Part shown: positions 32,927-42,638 of the stretch, piece after piece
Layout: the number at the start of each line of letters is the position of its first letter
Numbering within the stretch: position 1 is the first letter of the stretch
Assembly (NCBI GenBank): GCA_965206595.1
Contig: OZ242214.1
Coordinates: 3,424,001-3,488,000 of the forward strand
DNA from: Candidatus Latescibacterota bacterium
GTDB lineage: Bacteria > Latescibacterota > UBA2968 > UBA8231
Direction: 5' to 3'
DNA length: 64,000 nucleotides
The notes under the pieces: generated by a model
The model's database searches: none
Seen by the model: the letters and a program-made list of their open reading frames with translations, nothing else
What the model was told of the DNA's origin: nothing
Program-made: the position numbers and the translations under genes

Positions 32927-33865
32927 ATGAGCACCCACACCACACTAGTCGCCGTCAAACAAGCGCCGTCCCTCACTGTCTCAAGTCGGGCCCTCGAGCT
33001 CGTCCAGGCCAGCATTTCCGCCAACACCAAGCGGGCTTATACGGCCGCGCTGGCGAGGTTCGACAAAGCGAGCGGCGACAACCCCGTCACCGATACCGTC
33101 GTTGCCAACTACCTCGCCGCCCTGTACGATGCCGAGAAGTCGCCGGCGACGTGCTCCCAGGTAGTCGCTGCGCTCAAGTTCCGGGCCAAGCTGCAGGACC
33201 TTCCACCGCCGGTAGGTCCCCGAACCAACCGGGTTCTTGCCGGGATCCGGCGCCAGGGGCGAGGAAGAGGACGAGGTCAGGCGAGCGGCGTGAACTTCTC
33301 GCAAGCCGAGGCCGCCGCGGCTATCGCCTCTGGCGAAGGGTCCATCCAGGGGCGGCGCGACGCGGCGATCATTTCGGTCATGTCGGACGGCTTGCTGCGC
33401 GTCTCCGAGCTGGTAGCTCTCCAGGTCGACGATCTCGCTTTCGAACCGGATGGCGGCCGCGTTACCATCCGCCACTCGAAGACGGACCAGGAAGGGATCG
33501 GAGTCGTGCTCTATCTGGGTCCCCCTACCGTGGCCAGGGTCAAGGCGTGGCTGGAAGCGGCCGAGATTACCTGCGGGCCGCTATTTCGCCGCCTCCATCG
33601 AGGCGGAAATGTCGGGGGCGAGAAGGAACTAAGCACCGCAAGCGTCCGACAGATCATCAAACGCCGATGCACGGCCATTGGCGTGAAGGGGGTTTCCGGT
33701 CACTCGCTGCGCGTCGGCGGCGCTGAGTCGCTCGCTGCCGGCGGTGCTTCGCTTGCCGAAATGCAGACAGCCGGCCGCTGGCGGTCGCCGACGATGCCAG
33801 GTCACTATGCGCGGGGACAGCTTGCTGCTCGTGGGGCCGTAGCTCGCATTCGCTACCGCAGGTGA
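32927..33865 (+). CDS. Cre-like tyrosine recombinase
   Basis: SAM-like N-terminus 'ISANTKRAY'; catalytic R (LLRVSEL), K (HSKTDQ), HxxR (GHSLRVG), W (GRW) and Y (HYAR). Confidence 0.9.
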   Translation: MSTHTTLVAVKQAPSLTVSSRALELVQASISANTKRAYTAALARFDKASGDNPVTDTVVANYLAALYDAEKSPATCSQVVAALKFRAKLQDLPPPVGPRTNRVLAGIRRQGRGRGRGQASGVNFSQAEAAAAIASGEGSIQGRRDAAIISVMSDGLLRVSELVALQVDDLAFEPDGGRVTIRHSKTDQEGIGVVLYLGPPTVARVKAWLEAAEITCGPLFRRLHRGGNVGGEKELSTASVRQIIKRRCTAIGVKGVSGHSLRVGGAESLAAGGASLAEMQTAGRWRSPTMPGHYARGQLAARGAVARIRYRR

Positions 33866-33887
33866 AGGGAATCCCGGACTTGATATT

Positions 33888-34571
33888 TCATCGTGGTAGC
33901 GGTCGGGGGCTCCGCGCGATTCTGGGTTCAGAAAGTGTGGGTATTTCGCGCAGGGTGGTCAGCCAGCACTTCTCGGCCCCTTCCGGGGCGCCGATCCCTT
34001 CCGGCAGCGACACGTCGGAAGGGTCGCCGGGGTAGGTCTCGATGGGCCGGGCGTCGGCGAGATCGACTTGGCCCTCCCGGTTGACGTCCCCCAGCAGGCC
34101 CCCGGAGGCACCTTCCCGCGAGGCAGGGAGGACAGCGGCTGGACCTGGATCTCGACCTGCCCGCCTCCCATTCGGAAAGCCGGGTCGACCCAGGGGACCA
34201 GCGCCGGACCCGAGACCGTCAGCCCGTAGACCGGACCCTCGCCGATAACCTAAGCCCCCGCCCGGGAGCGGGTCCCACTCCCGCCGTCCTGCCTGAGGGC
34301 TCCACCGCGCCTTCGAAACCCCGTGGAGTGGGGCAACTCCATTCCAGGGATCCGCCGCCCCGCCGGAACCGGCTCCACCCCCGGAGCCCACCGCCCCGTC
34401 CAGCAGCACCATCGACCGCGGCAGCGCCGTCAGCGGCAGCGCGAAATACCCGCTCTCATCGGTGGTGGTGCGTAGCGAGCTGCCCAGGTCCGCCCTGTCG
34501 AACAGCCGCACCCGGGGCCCGACCGCCCATGATCCAACCAACCCGATGATGCAGATAATAGCTGTTTTCAT
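33888..34571 (-). pseudogene. Decayed secreted protein gene (signal peptide, carboxypeptidase-regulatory-like and dockerin remnants)
   Basis: MKTAIICIIGLVGS..., 'VRLFD...TTTDESGYFALPL', 'LLGDVNREGQVDLADA', separated by scrambled sequence. Confidence 0.55.
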
Positions 34572-34885
34572 CCTTGGGGCTTTGGGTAGAAACCCATGCG
34601 GAGCAATACTCCAATGAGATCAAAATACCCTCCAAGAGGACAGGGGATGTCCGTTGGTCCAAACGAGAAAAAGTTTTTGCCGGTCCCGTCGCCGGGGGGT
34701 AAACCGAGTCGGGGACATTTTGGTTTAGGGTCGGACCGCAGCACCCTCACACCTCCACTTCCGCCGCAACGAAATCACTGCTCAGGAATCACTGATCATC
34801 CTGATCGACAGCCCATGTCTGCGGTGGCAGGAGTCCTCACGCCGCAGGGGACCGGTCTGCCGCAGGGTGTCACCCTTTTCTCCGG

Positions 34886-35764
34886 TTAGATGTATCCCGC
34901 GGAGGTGAGCATGTCGATCTCGTCGCTCAGCCGTTCGAGCACGTGATCGGGGTAGATGGACATGCGCTGGAAGGGCAGGTTGTCGCGTCCGATCGCCGGC
35001 ATGTAGTTGAAGAACACCGAGCGCCGGATCGAGTCGTTGGCGACGGGATAGGCGTTGTGGGTCATCCCCTCCGAGAAGATGACGACGTCCCCGGGTGCGG
35101 CCAGCACCGGCACCGCCATCGGGTTCCTGCCCGCGTCCGTCATGTCGAAGGGACAGGGGAAGTTGGCCTTGTGGCTCCCCGGGATCGCGGCGAAGGGGCC
35201 GTTCTCCACGCGCGTCATGTCGGACAGGATCACCACGCTCTTGGTGCTCTTGCAGGCGAACCGCTGCTGCGTGTGGTCGTAGGCGTAGTAGATGTCGCGG
35301 TCGAGCGGAAAGCCGCCGTTGTGGAGCCCGCCCCCCGCAACAGGCCCCACCTTTTCGATGTAGTAGGTCGCCGAGATGTAGACCGGGCCGCCTGCGAGTT
35401 CGAAGTGGATGGACTTCATGACCGGATCGCGCACGATGCGGTCGAACCGGGCGGTGCCGCACAGGGCATGGTCGACGCGCCCGATGCCGCCGGTCTCCGG
35501 GTTGGGGCGCCGGTCGGGTCGGTGCTCTCCCTTCCAGAACGGGTGCTCCGGGTCGGACATCGCCGGGGCCAGGAAATAGCTGGCGACCCCGAGCCGGGTG
35601 TAGGTCTCGTAGTCGACGGGGATCGCCTGAAGCTCGTCGATGCCGGCGTGGAACTCCGCCACCGCCTCCTCGTCGTAGTGGCCTTTCAGGACGATGTAGC
35701 CCCTCAAGTCGAACTCGTACTTCTGCTCCGGGGTCAGGGCGAAAGCGGAATCAGTGGAGGTCAT
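34886..35764 (-). CDS. PhyH-family dioxygenase
   Basis: 'QKYEFDLRGYIVL', 'LHNGG', 'IPGSHKAN', 'GDVVIFSEGMTH'. Confidence 0.85.
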   Translation of the reverse strand: MTSTDSAFALTPEQKYEFDLRGYIVLKGHYDEEAVAEFHAGIDELQAIPVDYETYTRLGVASYFLAPAMSDPEHPFWKGEHRPDRRPNPETGGIGRVDHALCGTARFDRIVRDPVMKSIHFELAGGPVYISATYYIEKVGPVAGGGLHNGGFPLDRDIYYAYDHTQQRFACKSTKSVVILSDMTRVENGPFAAIPGSHKANFPCPFDMTDAGRNPMAVPVLAAPGDVVIFSEGMTHNAYPVANDSIRRSVFFNYMPAIGRDNLPFQRMSIYPDHVLERLSDEIDMLTSAGYI

Positions 35765-35883
35765 TTTCCGGGTGCTCCTCTTTGCGGCCCGGGCCGGCGA
35801 CGGGGTTCGGCCGGTCGCGGCCCAGGGTCAGGAGGTGCAGCGGTTTGCCCTTCGCGTCAGGATCGTCGGCACGCGGCGCTGCC

Positions 35884-37167
35884 CTACAGGTCGTATCCTG
35901 CTTCGCCGTGCTCGTTCAGATCGAGTCCACTGGTCTCGGTATCCTCATCTACTCGCAGGCCGATGGCCAGGTCGATGACCTTGAGAATCACAAACGAGAC
36001 GATCAGGGTATAAACCGCTGCGCCGACAGCAGCAAAAGCCTGGATACCCAACTGTTTTCCCATGTTCAGGCCCTCGACGGTGCCGCCCAGGGAGGTCGAG
36101 GCGAAGAAGGACACCAGCAGAACCCCGACCAGGCCGCCGAAGCCGTGAACCCCCACTACGTCGAGCGCGTCGTCGTACCCGCAGGTGCGCTTGAGCCAGG
36201 TGGCGGCCCAATAGGCTACGAGACCGGAGCACAGGCCGATGGCAAAGGCGCCGAGCGGCCCCACTGTGCCCGAGGCCGGGGTAATGGCCGCCAGTCCCGC
36301 GATGGCGCCGGTGGCAAAACCGAGCGCACTTGGTTTCCCGTTTCTGATCCAATCGAGAAAAATCCAGGTCAGCGCTGCGACGCTGGGGGAGATCTGGGTG
36401 ACCACGACTGCCATGGCGGCCTGCCCGTTCGCCGCCAGGGCGCTGCCGCCATTGAAACCGAACCACCCAACCCAGAGCATGGCCGTGCCGACGAGGTTCA
36501 TGGTCATGTTGTGCGGGGGCATCGGCTGCTTGGGATAGCCTGCGCGCTTGCCGACGAGGATCGCCGCCACCAGGGCGGCCGCCCCCGCGGTGATGTGGAC
36601 GACGATGCCGCCGGCAAAGTCGAATACCCCCATGGCGCCCAGGTACCCGCCCTCTCCCCAGACCATGTGGGTGATGGGCAGATAAACCAGAACGCACCAC
36701 AGCCCGCTGAACCACAACACCGCCGAAAACTTCATGCGCTCGGCAAAGGCACCGACGATAAGCCCGGGAGTGATGATGGCGAACGTCATCTGGAAAACGA
36801 AGAAGAGCGGTTCGGGGATGGTGCCGGAAAGGCTGTCCGGGGAGACCCCGCTGAGAAAGACCTTGGACAGGCTGCCGATGAAGGGATTGCCGGCTGTAAA
36901 GGCCAGGCTGTATCCGAAAAGGGTCCATAAGACCGTGATCAGGGCGGCAATCCCGAAACAGTGCATATAGACCGAGAGCACGTTGCGCGTGCGCACCAAG
37001 CCGGCGTAGAACATGGCCAGGCCCGGTATCATCATGAAGAGAACCAGGCCGGTGGAAATCAGGATCCAGGCCGTGTCTCCGGTGTCGAGCTTGTCCTGGG
37101 CTGAAGCGGAATTCGGTGCCCAGACCAGCAACAGAGAGAGGATTCCCCACACTCTGCGAAACTTCAT
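35884..37167 (-). CDS. amtB: Ammonium transporter
   Basis: 'FQMTFAIITP', 'DFAGGIVVH', 'WVGWFGFNGGS', 'DDALDVVGVHG'; GGAGG RBS before ATG 37167. Confidence 0.95.
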   Translation of the reverse strand: MKFRRVWGILSLLLVWAPNSASAQDKLDTGDTAWILISTGLVLFMMIPGLAMFYAGLVRTRNVLSVYMHCFGIAALITVLWTLFGYSLAFTAGNPFIGSLSKVFLSGVSPDSLSGTIPEPLFFVFQMTFAIITPGLIVGAFAERMKFSAVLWFSGLWCVLVYLPITHMVWGEGGYLGAMGVFDFAGGIVVHITAGAAALVAAILVGKRAGYPKQPMPPHNMTMNLVGTAMLWVGWFGFNGGSALAANGQAAMAVVVTQISPSVAALTWIFLDWIRNGKPSALGFATGAIAGLAAITPASGTVGPLGAFAIGLCSGLVAYWAATWLKRTCGYDDALDVVGVHGFGGLVGVLLVSFFASTSLGGTVEGLNMGKQLGIQAFAAVGAAVYTLIVSFVILKVIDLAIGLRVDEDTETSGLDLNEHGEAGYDL

Positions 37168-37464
37168 AATGAACCTCCTATGGGTGCGAACTACGTGGAA
37201 TGCGTCAGGGGGCCTCGCGGTTCTGCACCGGGAATGGGGGTCGGTCCCATGCTCTCGCTGGTCTCCGATCACGAACCGGACCCCGCACGGATGACGAGGA
37301 TCTCCATCCCCTGCACACGCGGGCAAATTCCCGCCACCTTCGGTCCGGGTCAAGGCAGTTATTCCCGCCGCCTCGCCAGCTTGCACGACAGGGAGGGACT
37401 GCGCTTGTTAATCCTGTCTCCAGCTTCTTCCGCCGACTCCGGCACCAACCGAGAGGATGACCGC

Positions 37465-38304
37465 ATGCTGACCCGGGAACAGATCGACGCCTACCACCGC
37501 GACGGCTTCGTCAAAGTCGAAGGCCTGTTCACCCCGGACGAGGTCGCCGACCTCGCCGGCGACATGGTGCGCATCATCGAGGAGTGGGGGGAGGAGACCA
37601 TCGGCTGGAGGGGGCCGTGGAGGAAGGGCTACCTGCCCGACGACGAGCAGGAGAGCACCAAGGCGGTGTTCCTGCACAACCCGCAGCATTACTCCGCGGT
37701 CTGGGGGCGGGTCATCCTCCACGAGCGCCTGCTCGCCTGTATCACCGCCCTCATCGGCGACAGCGTCCAGTGGCACCACACCGTCCTCCACGCCAAGCCG
37801 CCGCAAAGGGGCACCCCTTTCCCGATGCACCAGGACTTCCCGTTCTACCCGCACGACGGCGCCGACTTCGTCGACTGCCTGCTGCACCTCGACGACGCCC
37901 CGTTCGAGTCGGGCGCCCTGCACGTCGTTCCCGGCAGCCACAGGAAGGGGCCGATCGAGCACGTCCTCGGACCCGACACGGCGCCGCACCTGCCGCTCGA
38001 CCAGTACCACCCCGACAAGGTCGACAGCGTGGCCATCCCGGCGCGGGCGGGGGACGTCGTCTTCTTCAGCTACATGGCCGTGCACTGGTCGGACTGCAAC
38101 CGCACCGGTCAGTGGCGCAAGGCAGTGCGCTTCGGCTACCACCACACCGGCCTGCGTCCCGTGGGCCGCGCCGAGGACGACCCCTACCGCATCGACCTCG
38201 ACAACCTGCTCGAACGCAACAGCAACACCGTCGTCTCCGGCTTCCGCTCCAACCAAAAAGAGCTGAGGCAGGCGCCGACCGGTTCCGTCCAGGCCCGCGC
38301 ATGA
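37465..38304 (+). CDS. PhyH-family dioxygenase
   Basis: 'QIDAYHRDGF', 'HQD', 'VPGSH', 'VHWS..N...WRK'. Confidence 0.87.
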   Translation: MLTREQIDAYHRDGFVKVEGLFTPDEVADLAGDMVRIIEEWGEETIGWRGPWRKGYLPDDEQESTKAVFLHNPQHYSAVWGRVILHERLLACITALIGDSVQWHHTVLHAKPPQRGTPFPMHQDFPFYPHDGADFVDCLLHLDDAPFESGALHVVPGSHRKGPIEHVLGPDTAPHLPLDQYHPDKVDSVAIPARAGDVVFFSYMAVHWSDCNRTGQWRKAVRFGYHHTGLRPVGRAEDDPYRIDLDNLLERNSNTVVSGFRSNQKELRQAPTGSVQARA

Positions 38305-38322
38305 CCCGCTGCGAAGCCGGCA

Positions 38323-38844
38323 ATGGCCGGGGCTGAAACCAGGCGGGGTGCAGGTGCAGCGGGCCGCCTCTGCACCGTCGAGATAGCCAAGGACTACCTC
38401 TCCTTCTCGGCGGCGCACTTCACCATCTTCTCCGGGGACAGGCGGGAGAACCTGCACGGCCACAACTTCGCCGTGCAGGGCGGGGCCACCGGCCGGGTCG
38501 GGGAGAACGGGCTCACCTTCGATTACGAGCTGCTGAAGTCGATAATCGGGAAGCTGTGCACCCGCCTCGACGAGAAGCTGCTGCTCCCCTCCGGCTCCCC
38601 GCACCTCGACATCCGCAGCGGCCCCGAAGGGGTGGAGGTCCGCTTCGGAGAGGAGCGCCTGCATTTCCTCGAGCGGGACGTCCTGCTGATTCCGGTCGCC
38701 AACGTGACCGTCGAAGAGCTCTCCGGGTGGTTCCTCGACCTCCTGCTCGCCGACCGGGAAATCGACGCCCTCGCCCTGGAAGAGCTGGAGGTCCGCGTCT
38801 CCAGCGGTCCCGGCCAGTGGGGGATCAGCCGCTGGCGGCGCTGA
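38323..38844 (+). CDS. 6-pyruvoyl-tetrahydropterin synthase (QueD/PTPS) family, ExxHGH type
   Basis: 'FSAAHF', 'RENLHGHNF', 'NVTVEEL'. Confidence 0.85.
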   Translation: MAGAETRRGAGAAGRLCTVEIAKDYLSFSAAHFTIFSGDRRENLHGHNFAVQGGATGRVGENGLTFDYELLKSIIGKLCTRLDEKLLLPSGSPHLDIRSGPEGVEVRFGEERLHFLERDVLLIPVANVTVEELSGWFLDLLLADREIDALALEELEVRVSSGPGQWGISRWRR

Positions 38845-38987
38845 CCGGGTTCTGGGGCAAAACCTGGCTCATCCTTGTCCGGATGGGCAAACCAATTGCG
38901 CCGGGGAACAGCAGCGCTTATCGTGCACCGCAACACAGCTCAAACTGAACATCGACAAGCAGAAACCGGCAGACAGGAGAGGGATTC

Positions 38988-39647
38988 ATGGCAGACCAGA
39001 AACCGACCATCGACGTAATGGAGAGCGCCCCCTTCCTCGTGAAGGGCCTGGAGAAACTGACCGATTCCGAGGGCCGCCCGGTAGAGTTCCCCGAGTTTGC
39101 CAAAAAGAAAGGGGTGCTGGCGCTCTGCCGCTGCGGGCAGTCGGAGGACAAGCCGTTCTGCGACGGCACCCACAAGGAGGTCGGCTTTTCCGGAAAGCGC
39201 GAACGCAGCGGAGATGGAGAGGTGCGCGAGTTCGCAGGGGCGGAGGTCACCGTGGTGGACGATGCCGGAAGCTGCTGCCACGCCGGGGAATGCGTCGCCG
39301 GCGCCGAGGCCGTCTTCTTCAGCTGGCAGGGGGACGAGCGGGTTTCCGAGCCCGACAAGGACAGCCGTGAAGCGATCGTCGCCGCGGTCCGCAACTGCCC
39401 CTCCGGCGCACTGGCGTACAAGCTCGAAGGGAAGCTCCACGACATCTACTTCTCCGAGCCCGAGATCCGTGTTTCGAAGGACGGCCCGCTCGAGGTGCGG
39501 GGCGGAGTCGGTCTCAACAACCCCGACGGCCCCGGACCGAGGAGCGGCGATCACTACGCCCTGTGCCGCTGCGGCGCCTCGAAGAACAAGCCGTTCTGCG
39601 ACGGTTCCCACTCCGCCGTCGGCTTCAGCGACGAGAAACAGGAGTAG
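38988..39647 (+). CDS. CDGSH iron-sulfur protein (two CDGSH domains around a divergent 4Fe-4S domain)
   Basis: 'CRCGQSEDKPFCDGTH', 'CCHAGEC...CPSGAL', 'CRCGASKNKPFCDGSH'. Confidence 0.9.
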   Translation: MADQKPTIDVMESAPFLVKGLEKLTDSEGRPVEFPEFAKKKGVLALCRCGQSEDKPFCDGTHKEVGFSGKRERSGDGEVREFAGAEVTVVDDAGSCCHAGECVAGAEAVFFSWQGDERVSEPDKDSREAIVAAVRNCPSGALAYKLEGKLHDIYFSEPEIRVSKDGPLEVRGGVGLNNPDGPGPRSGDHYALCRCGASKNKPFCDGSHSAVGFSDEKQE

Positions 39648-39649
39648 CC

Positions 39650-40546
39650 ATGTCCGTCGACATCTACGAACGCAGCCCGGTCGGCAGCTTCACCAGGGAG
39701 CACCTGATCGAGTACACCTCCGACTGGGAGGGGGAGCGCTTCCCCGACGGCCGCGCGCGCGTGCCGGACGAAATCATCGAGCGCATGAGGAACGTCACCC
39801 TGACCCAGGCCTGGGGCACCTGCAACGGCGCCGGCTACGAGTTCCAGTTCGAAGGCGGCTTCACCAACACCCACCCGGGGCAGGTGCTGTGCGGGCGCGC
39901 GGTGACGGCGACCTTCATGCCGCGGCGCCCCGACTGCCGCCGCGCCCTCGACGAGCAGGGGGAGAAGGGGGGCCACGAGGGGGACCACATCCACTGGACG
40001 ATCAACATGCTGGTGACAGGGGACGTGTACGTCGCCGACGTCTTCGGCAAGATCGACAAGGGGGCGATCATCGGCGACAACCTCGCCGCCTCCATCAAGG
40101 CGAAGTCGGGGAACGGCGTCGTGCACGACAACTCGGTGCGCGACATCGAGGGGATCCGCGGCCTCGAGGACTTCCCCTGTTTCGTGCGCGGCTGGCACCC
40201 GTCGATCGCGGCGCCGACGATCATGCTGACCGGAATGAACTGCCCGACCCGCATCGGCGGCTGCACCGTGATGCCCGGGGACATCGTCCTCGGCAAGGGG
40301 GACGCGGTGGTGTTCATTCCCCCGCACCTCGCGGAGCAGACCGTCACCACCGCCGAGATCGTGCACCTGCGCGACATCTTCGGGAAAACCCGCCTCGGCG
40401 AGGGAAAGTACCTGCCCGGGGAGATCGACGGGCGCTGGGGGGACCACATCGAGAAGGACTTCTCCGACTGGCTGGAGGACCACATCGACGAGCTGCCGGT
40501 CCCCAAGAGCGCGATCCAGGAGTACCTGAAGACGCGGACTTGGTGA
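39650..40546 (+). CDS. RraA/HMG-aldolase family protein
   Basis: 'GRAVTATFMP', 'AIIGDNLA', 'VRD', 'VMPGDIVLG..DAVVFIP'. Confidence 0.82.
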   Translation: MSVDIYERSPVGSFTREHLIEYTSDWEGERFPDGRARVPDEIIERMRNVTLTQAWGTCNGAGYEFQFEGGFTNTHPGQVLCGRAVTATFMPRRPDCRRALDEQGEKGGHEGDHIHWTINMLVTGDVYVADVFGKIDKGAIIGDNLAASIKAKSGNGVVHDNSVRDIEGIRGLEDFPCFVRGWHPSIAAPTIMLTGMNCPTRIGGCTVMPGDIVLGKGDAVVFIPPHLAEQTVTTAEIVHLRDIFGKTRLGEGKYLPGEIDGRWGDHIEKDFSDWLEDHIDELPVPKSAIQEYLKTRTW

Positions 40547-40616
40547 AGGAGCCTGAGTTGTTTCACCAGCTGGGGCCTTGGTGAGTTTCGGTCATTAGAA
40601 AACGGAGACCACAATT

Positions 40617-41690
40617 ATGGAAATCCAAGGCCAAAATATTTGGCAGCATGCAGCCGGAGATCCGGCCCACAACCACGTGGATCTGTGCCTACAATGGGGT
40701 GTCATTTTGAATGGCCCCGGGGAGAAAGAATGGAATGGCGGCGCTCATTATGGCTATCTGAGCAGCAGAAAACAAACCGATCTGCGCCGATTCTGCGAAG
40801 AAACAGAGATGAAAAACGGCGATATCATCGTTCTTCGAATAGGCACCGCGGAAATCTACGGAGTCGGTGTCGTCGGCGAATACAAATGGTGCGACGAATT
40901 CAATGATATTGACGGGTGGAACCTTGGACATTCACGCCGCGTAAATTGGTTGTGGAGATACGATACAAATGGCATGGGTTCACCCAAAGAATTTGACACT
41001 TACACGATGAAGCTGGGCGACACGACGCAGCGTCTCGACGCTCCCGCCGTAATGTCGTGGCTGGAGTCGCTTACAGTACCTGGCGATCAGGGTTCGGAGT
41101 CCCTGCCTGATCTTCCCCAACAGAGCGAGAAAGTCAGTAGCGATGAAATCGCAGACTACCTTTTCAACAATGGCATTGCAAGCGATTCCATTCGAAACCT
41201 GTTGGATCCGAACGGTGAATTTATTCGAATCGCTACCTGGTACAATAGATGGGAATGGGGAACAAACCCCTCAGAGCACGAAACGGTGAGTTATCTCGTC
41301 GTACCGCTGCTTAGGATACTTGGCTGGACGCCCCAGAAGATGGCCCTAGAGTGGAGTAGACTCGATATCGCATTATTCTCCAGAATGCCTCGGCAGCCTG
41401 AACATCTCTCCATGCTCGTGGAAGCCAAGAAGGTCCGCAACGCGTTTTTGTCGTGGGCAGTATCGCAGGCTCAAGACTACGCATCGCCATTTCCGAATTG
41501 CAGCCGCCTAATCGTGACCGATGGCCTTCGGTACGGAATTTTCAGAAAAACTGGTGAGGACAAATTTTCCCGGTATGCCTATCTGAACCTGACGAGACTT
41601 CGCAACGAGTATCCCGTCTACAGATGCAAGGGTGCCAAAGAAGCAATTCTGGCCATGACTCCCGAATGGGAACCTGATCTGGCATCTTAA
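40617..41690 (+). CDS. Putative restriction-endonuclease-like protein (PUA/EVE-like N-terminus + HsdR_N-like PD-(D/E)xK domain)
   Basis: 'MKNGDIIVLR...GVGVVGEY...RRVNW'; 'SEHETV..LVVPLLRILGW', 'DIALF', 'VEAKK', 'QA..YA', 'VTDGLRY'; low GC. Confidence 0.65.
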   Translation: MEIQGQNIWQHAAGDPAHNHVDLCLQWGVILNGPGEKEWNGGAHYGYLSSRKQTDLRRFCEETEMKNGDIIVLRIGTAEIYGVGVVGEYKWCDEFNDIDGWNLGHSRRVNWLWRYDTNGMGSPKEFDTYTMKLGDTTQRLDAPAVMSWLESLTVPGDQGSESLPDLPQQSEKVSSDEIADYLFNNGIASDSIRNLLDPNGEFIRIATWYNRWEWGTNPSEHETVSYLVVPLLRILGWTPQKMALEWSRLDIALFSRMPRQPEHLSMLVEAKKVRNAFLSWAVSQAQDYASPFPNCSRLIVTDGLRYGIFRKTGEDKFSRYAYLNLTRLRNEYPVYRCKGAKEAILAMTPEWEPDLAS

Positions 41691-41777
41691 ATTCGAACCA
41701 GCTCGCTTGCTGCGGAAAACGCGAACGTGCTGGACTCTCTCGTGTTGGTTACGAACGGGAATGAAAGGAGACATCTC

Positions 41778-42062
41778 ATGGACGAGGTCTATGTGAAGGA
41801 GGTCATCGATGGATTGGGCGGTGCCAAAGCCTTGATGGACGAGATGGACGAGTACCGCGAAATCGTCGCTCGCATGAGAAAGGAGCGCTCCGATCTGTTG
41901 AAACGTCATCCCGACAAGTGGGTGGCGATGGGACAGGAGGGGGTCTTGGCTGTAGGAGAATCCATGGATGAGGTGCTCAGCGAGGTTGAAGGCCGTGGGC
42001 TGCATGGAGCGGACGTAGTGATCGAGTTCATGGACACGGATCCTCCCCTGCTGATCCTGTGA
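41778..42062 (+). CDS. DUF5678-like small protein
   Basis: 'LLKRHPDKWVAM...VLAVGESMDEVL'; AAGGAG RBS. Confidence 0.65.
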   Translation: MDEVYVKEVIDGLGGAKALMDEMDEYREIVARMRKERSDLLKRHPDKWVAMGQEGVLAVGESMDEVLSEVEGRGLHGADVVIEFMDTDPPLLIL

Positions 42063-42490
42063 TCATCGGCGAGTTTGACGATCAGGGGCGACCATACCTC
42101 GAGGGCCGCGTAATCATCCCCCGCCTGGATTTCAATGAGATCGTACCGTTCCTGCTGGATACGGGAGCTGACAGAACGTGCCTGCATCCACGAGATACCA
42201 GAAGGGCACGCATGCCCCTTGATCAGCTTGGCAACAGAATAGCCTCCAAGGGCATAGGGGGCAGTTCATCTTACTTTCGCGAACCGGCGATTCTCGCTTT
42301 TGTGGACAAGCCGCAGACGAGACTCTACGTGCTGGAGTTGCACATCGCCGAGCCGCACGAGAGCAACGAGGGACTGCCGTCGCTGCTCGGGCGTGATGTC
42401 ATCAACCACTGGTACATGCAGTATGATCCTGCAGAGACCAGAATTGAATGTACCGTCCGGTATGCCGACTCAACTTTGGCCGCCGAATGA
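42059..42490 (+). CDS. Retropepsin-like (clan AA) aspartyl protease
   Basis: 'FLLDTGA' and 'LLGRD' motifs; GTGA overlap with the upstream gene. Confidence 0.8.
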   Translation: MIIGEFDDQGRPYLEGRVIIPRLDFNEIVPFLLDTGADRTCLHPRDTRRARMPLDQLGNRIASKGIGGSSSYFREPAILAFVDKPQTRLYVLELHIAEPHESNEGLPSLLGRDVINHWYMQYDPAETRIECTVRYADSTLAAE

Positions 42491-42638
42491 CCTGGACACT
42501 TGGGGGGCCGAATTACGGGTGTGATGGGCGGTTCCCCGAATCTAGCCGGTCCCGGTCGAAAGGCCGGGGCCGGGGTTCCGATGTCGACCAAGTAGGTCCC
42601 GAAATCGCCAGGCAGAACCCCAAGGAGGAAGACGAAAA

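Noticed and set aside
37322-37340. Sigma-54 promoter upstream of amtB
   Set aside because: Minus-strand TGGCGGGAATTTGC has GG-N9-GC spacing instead of the required N10
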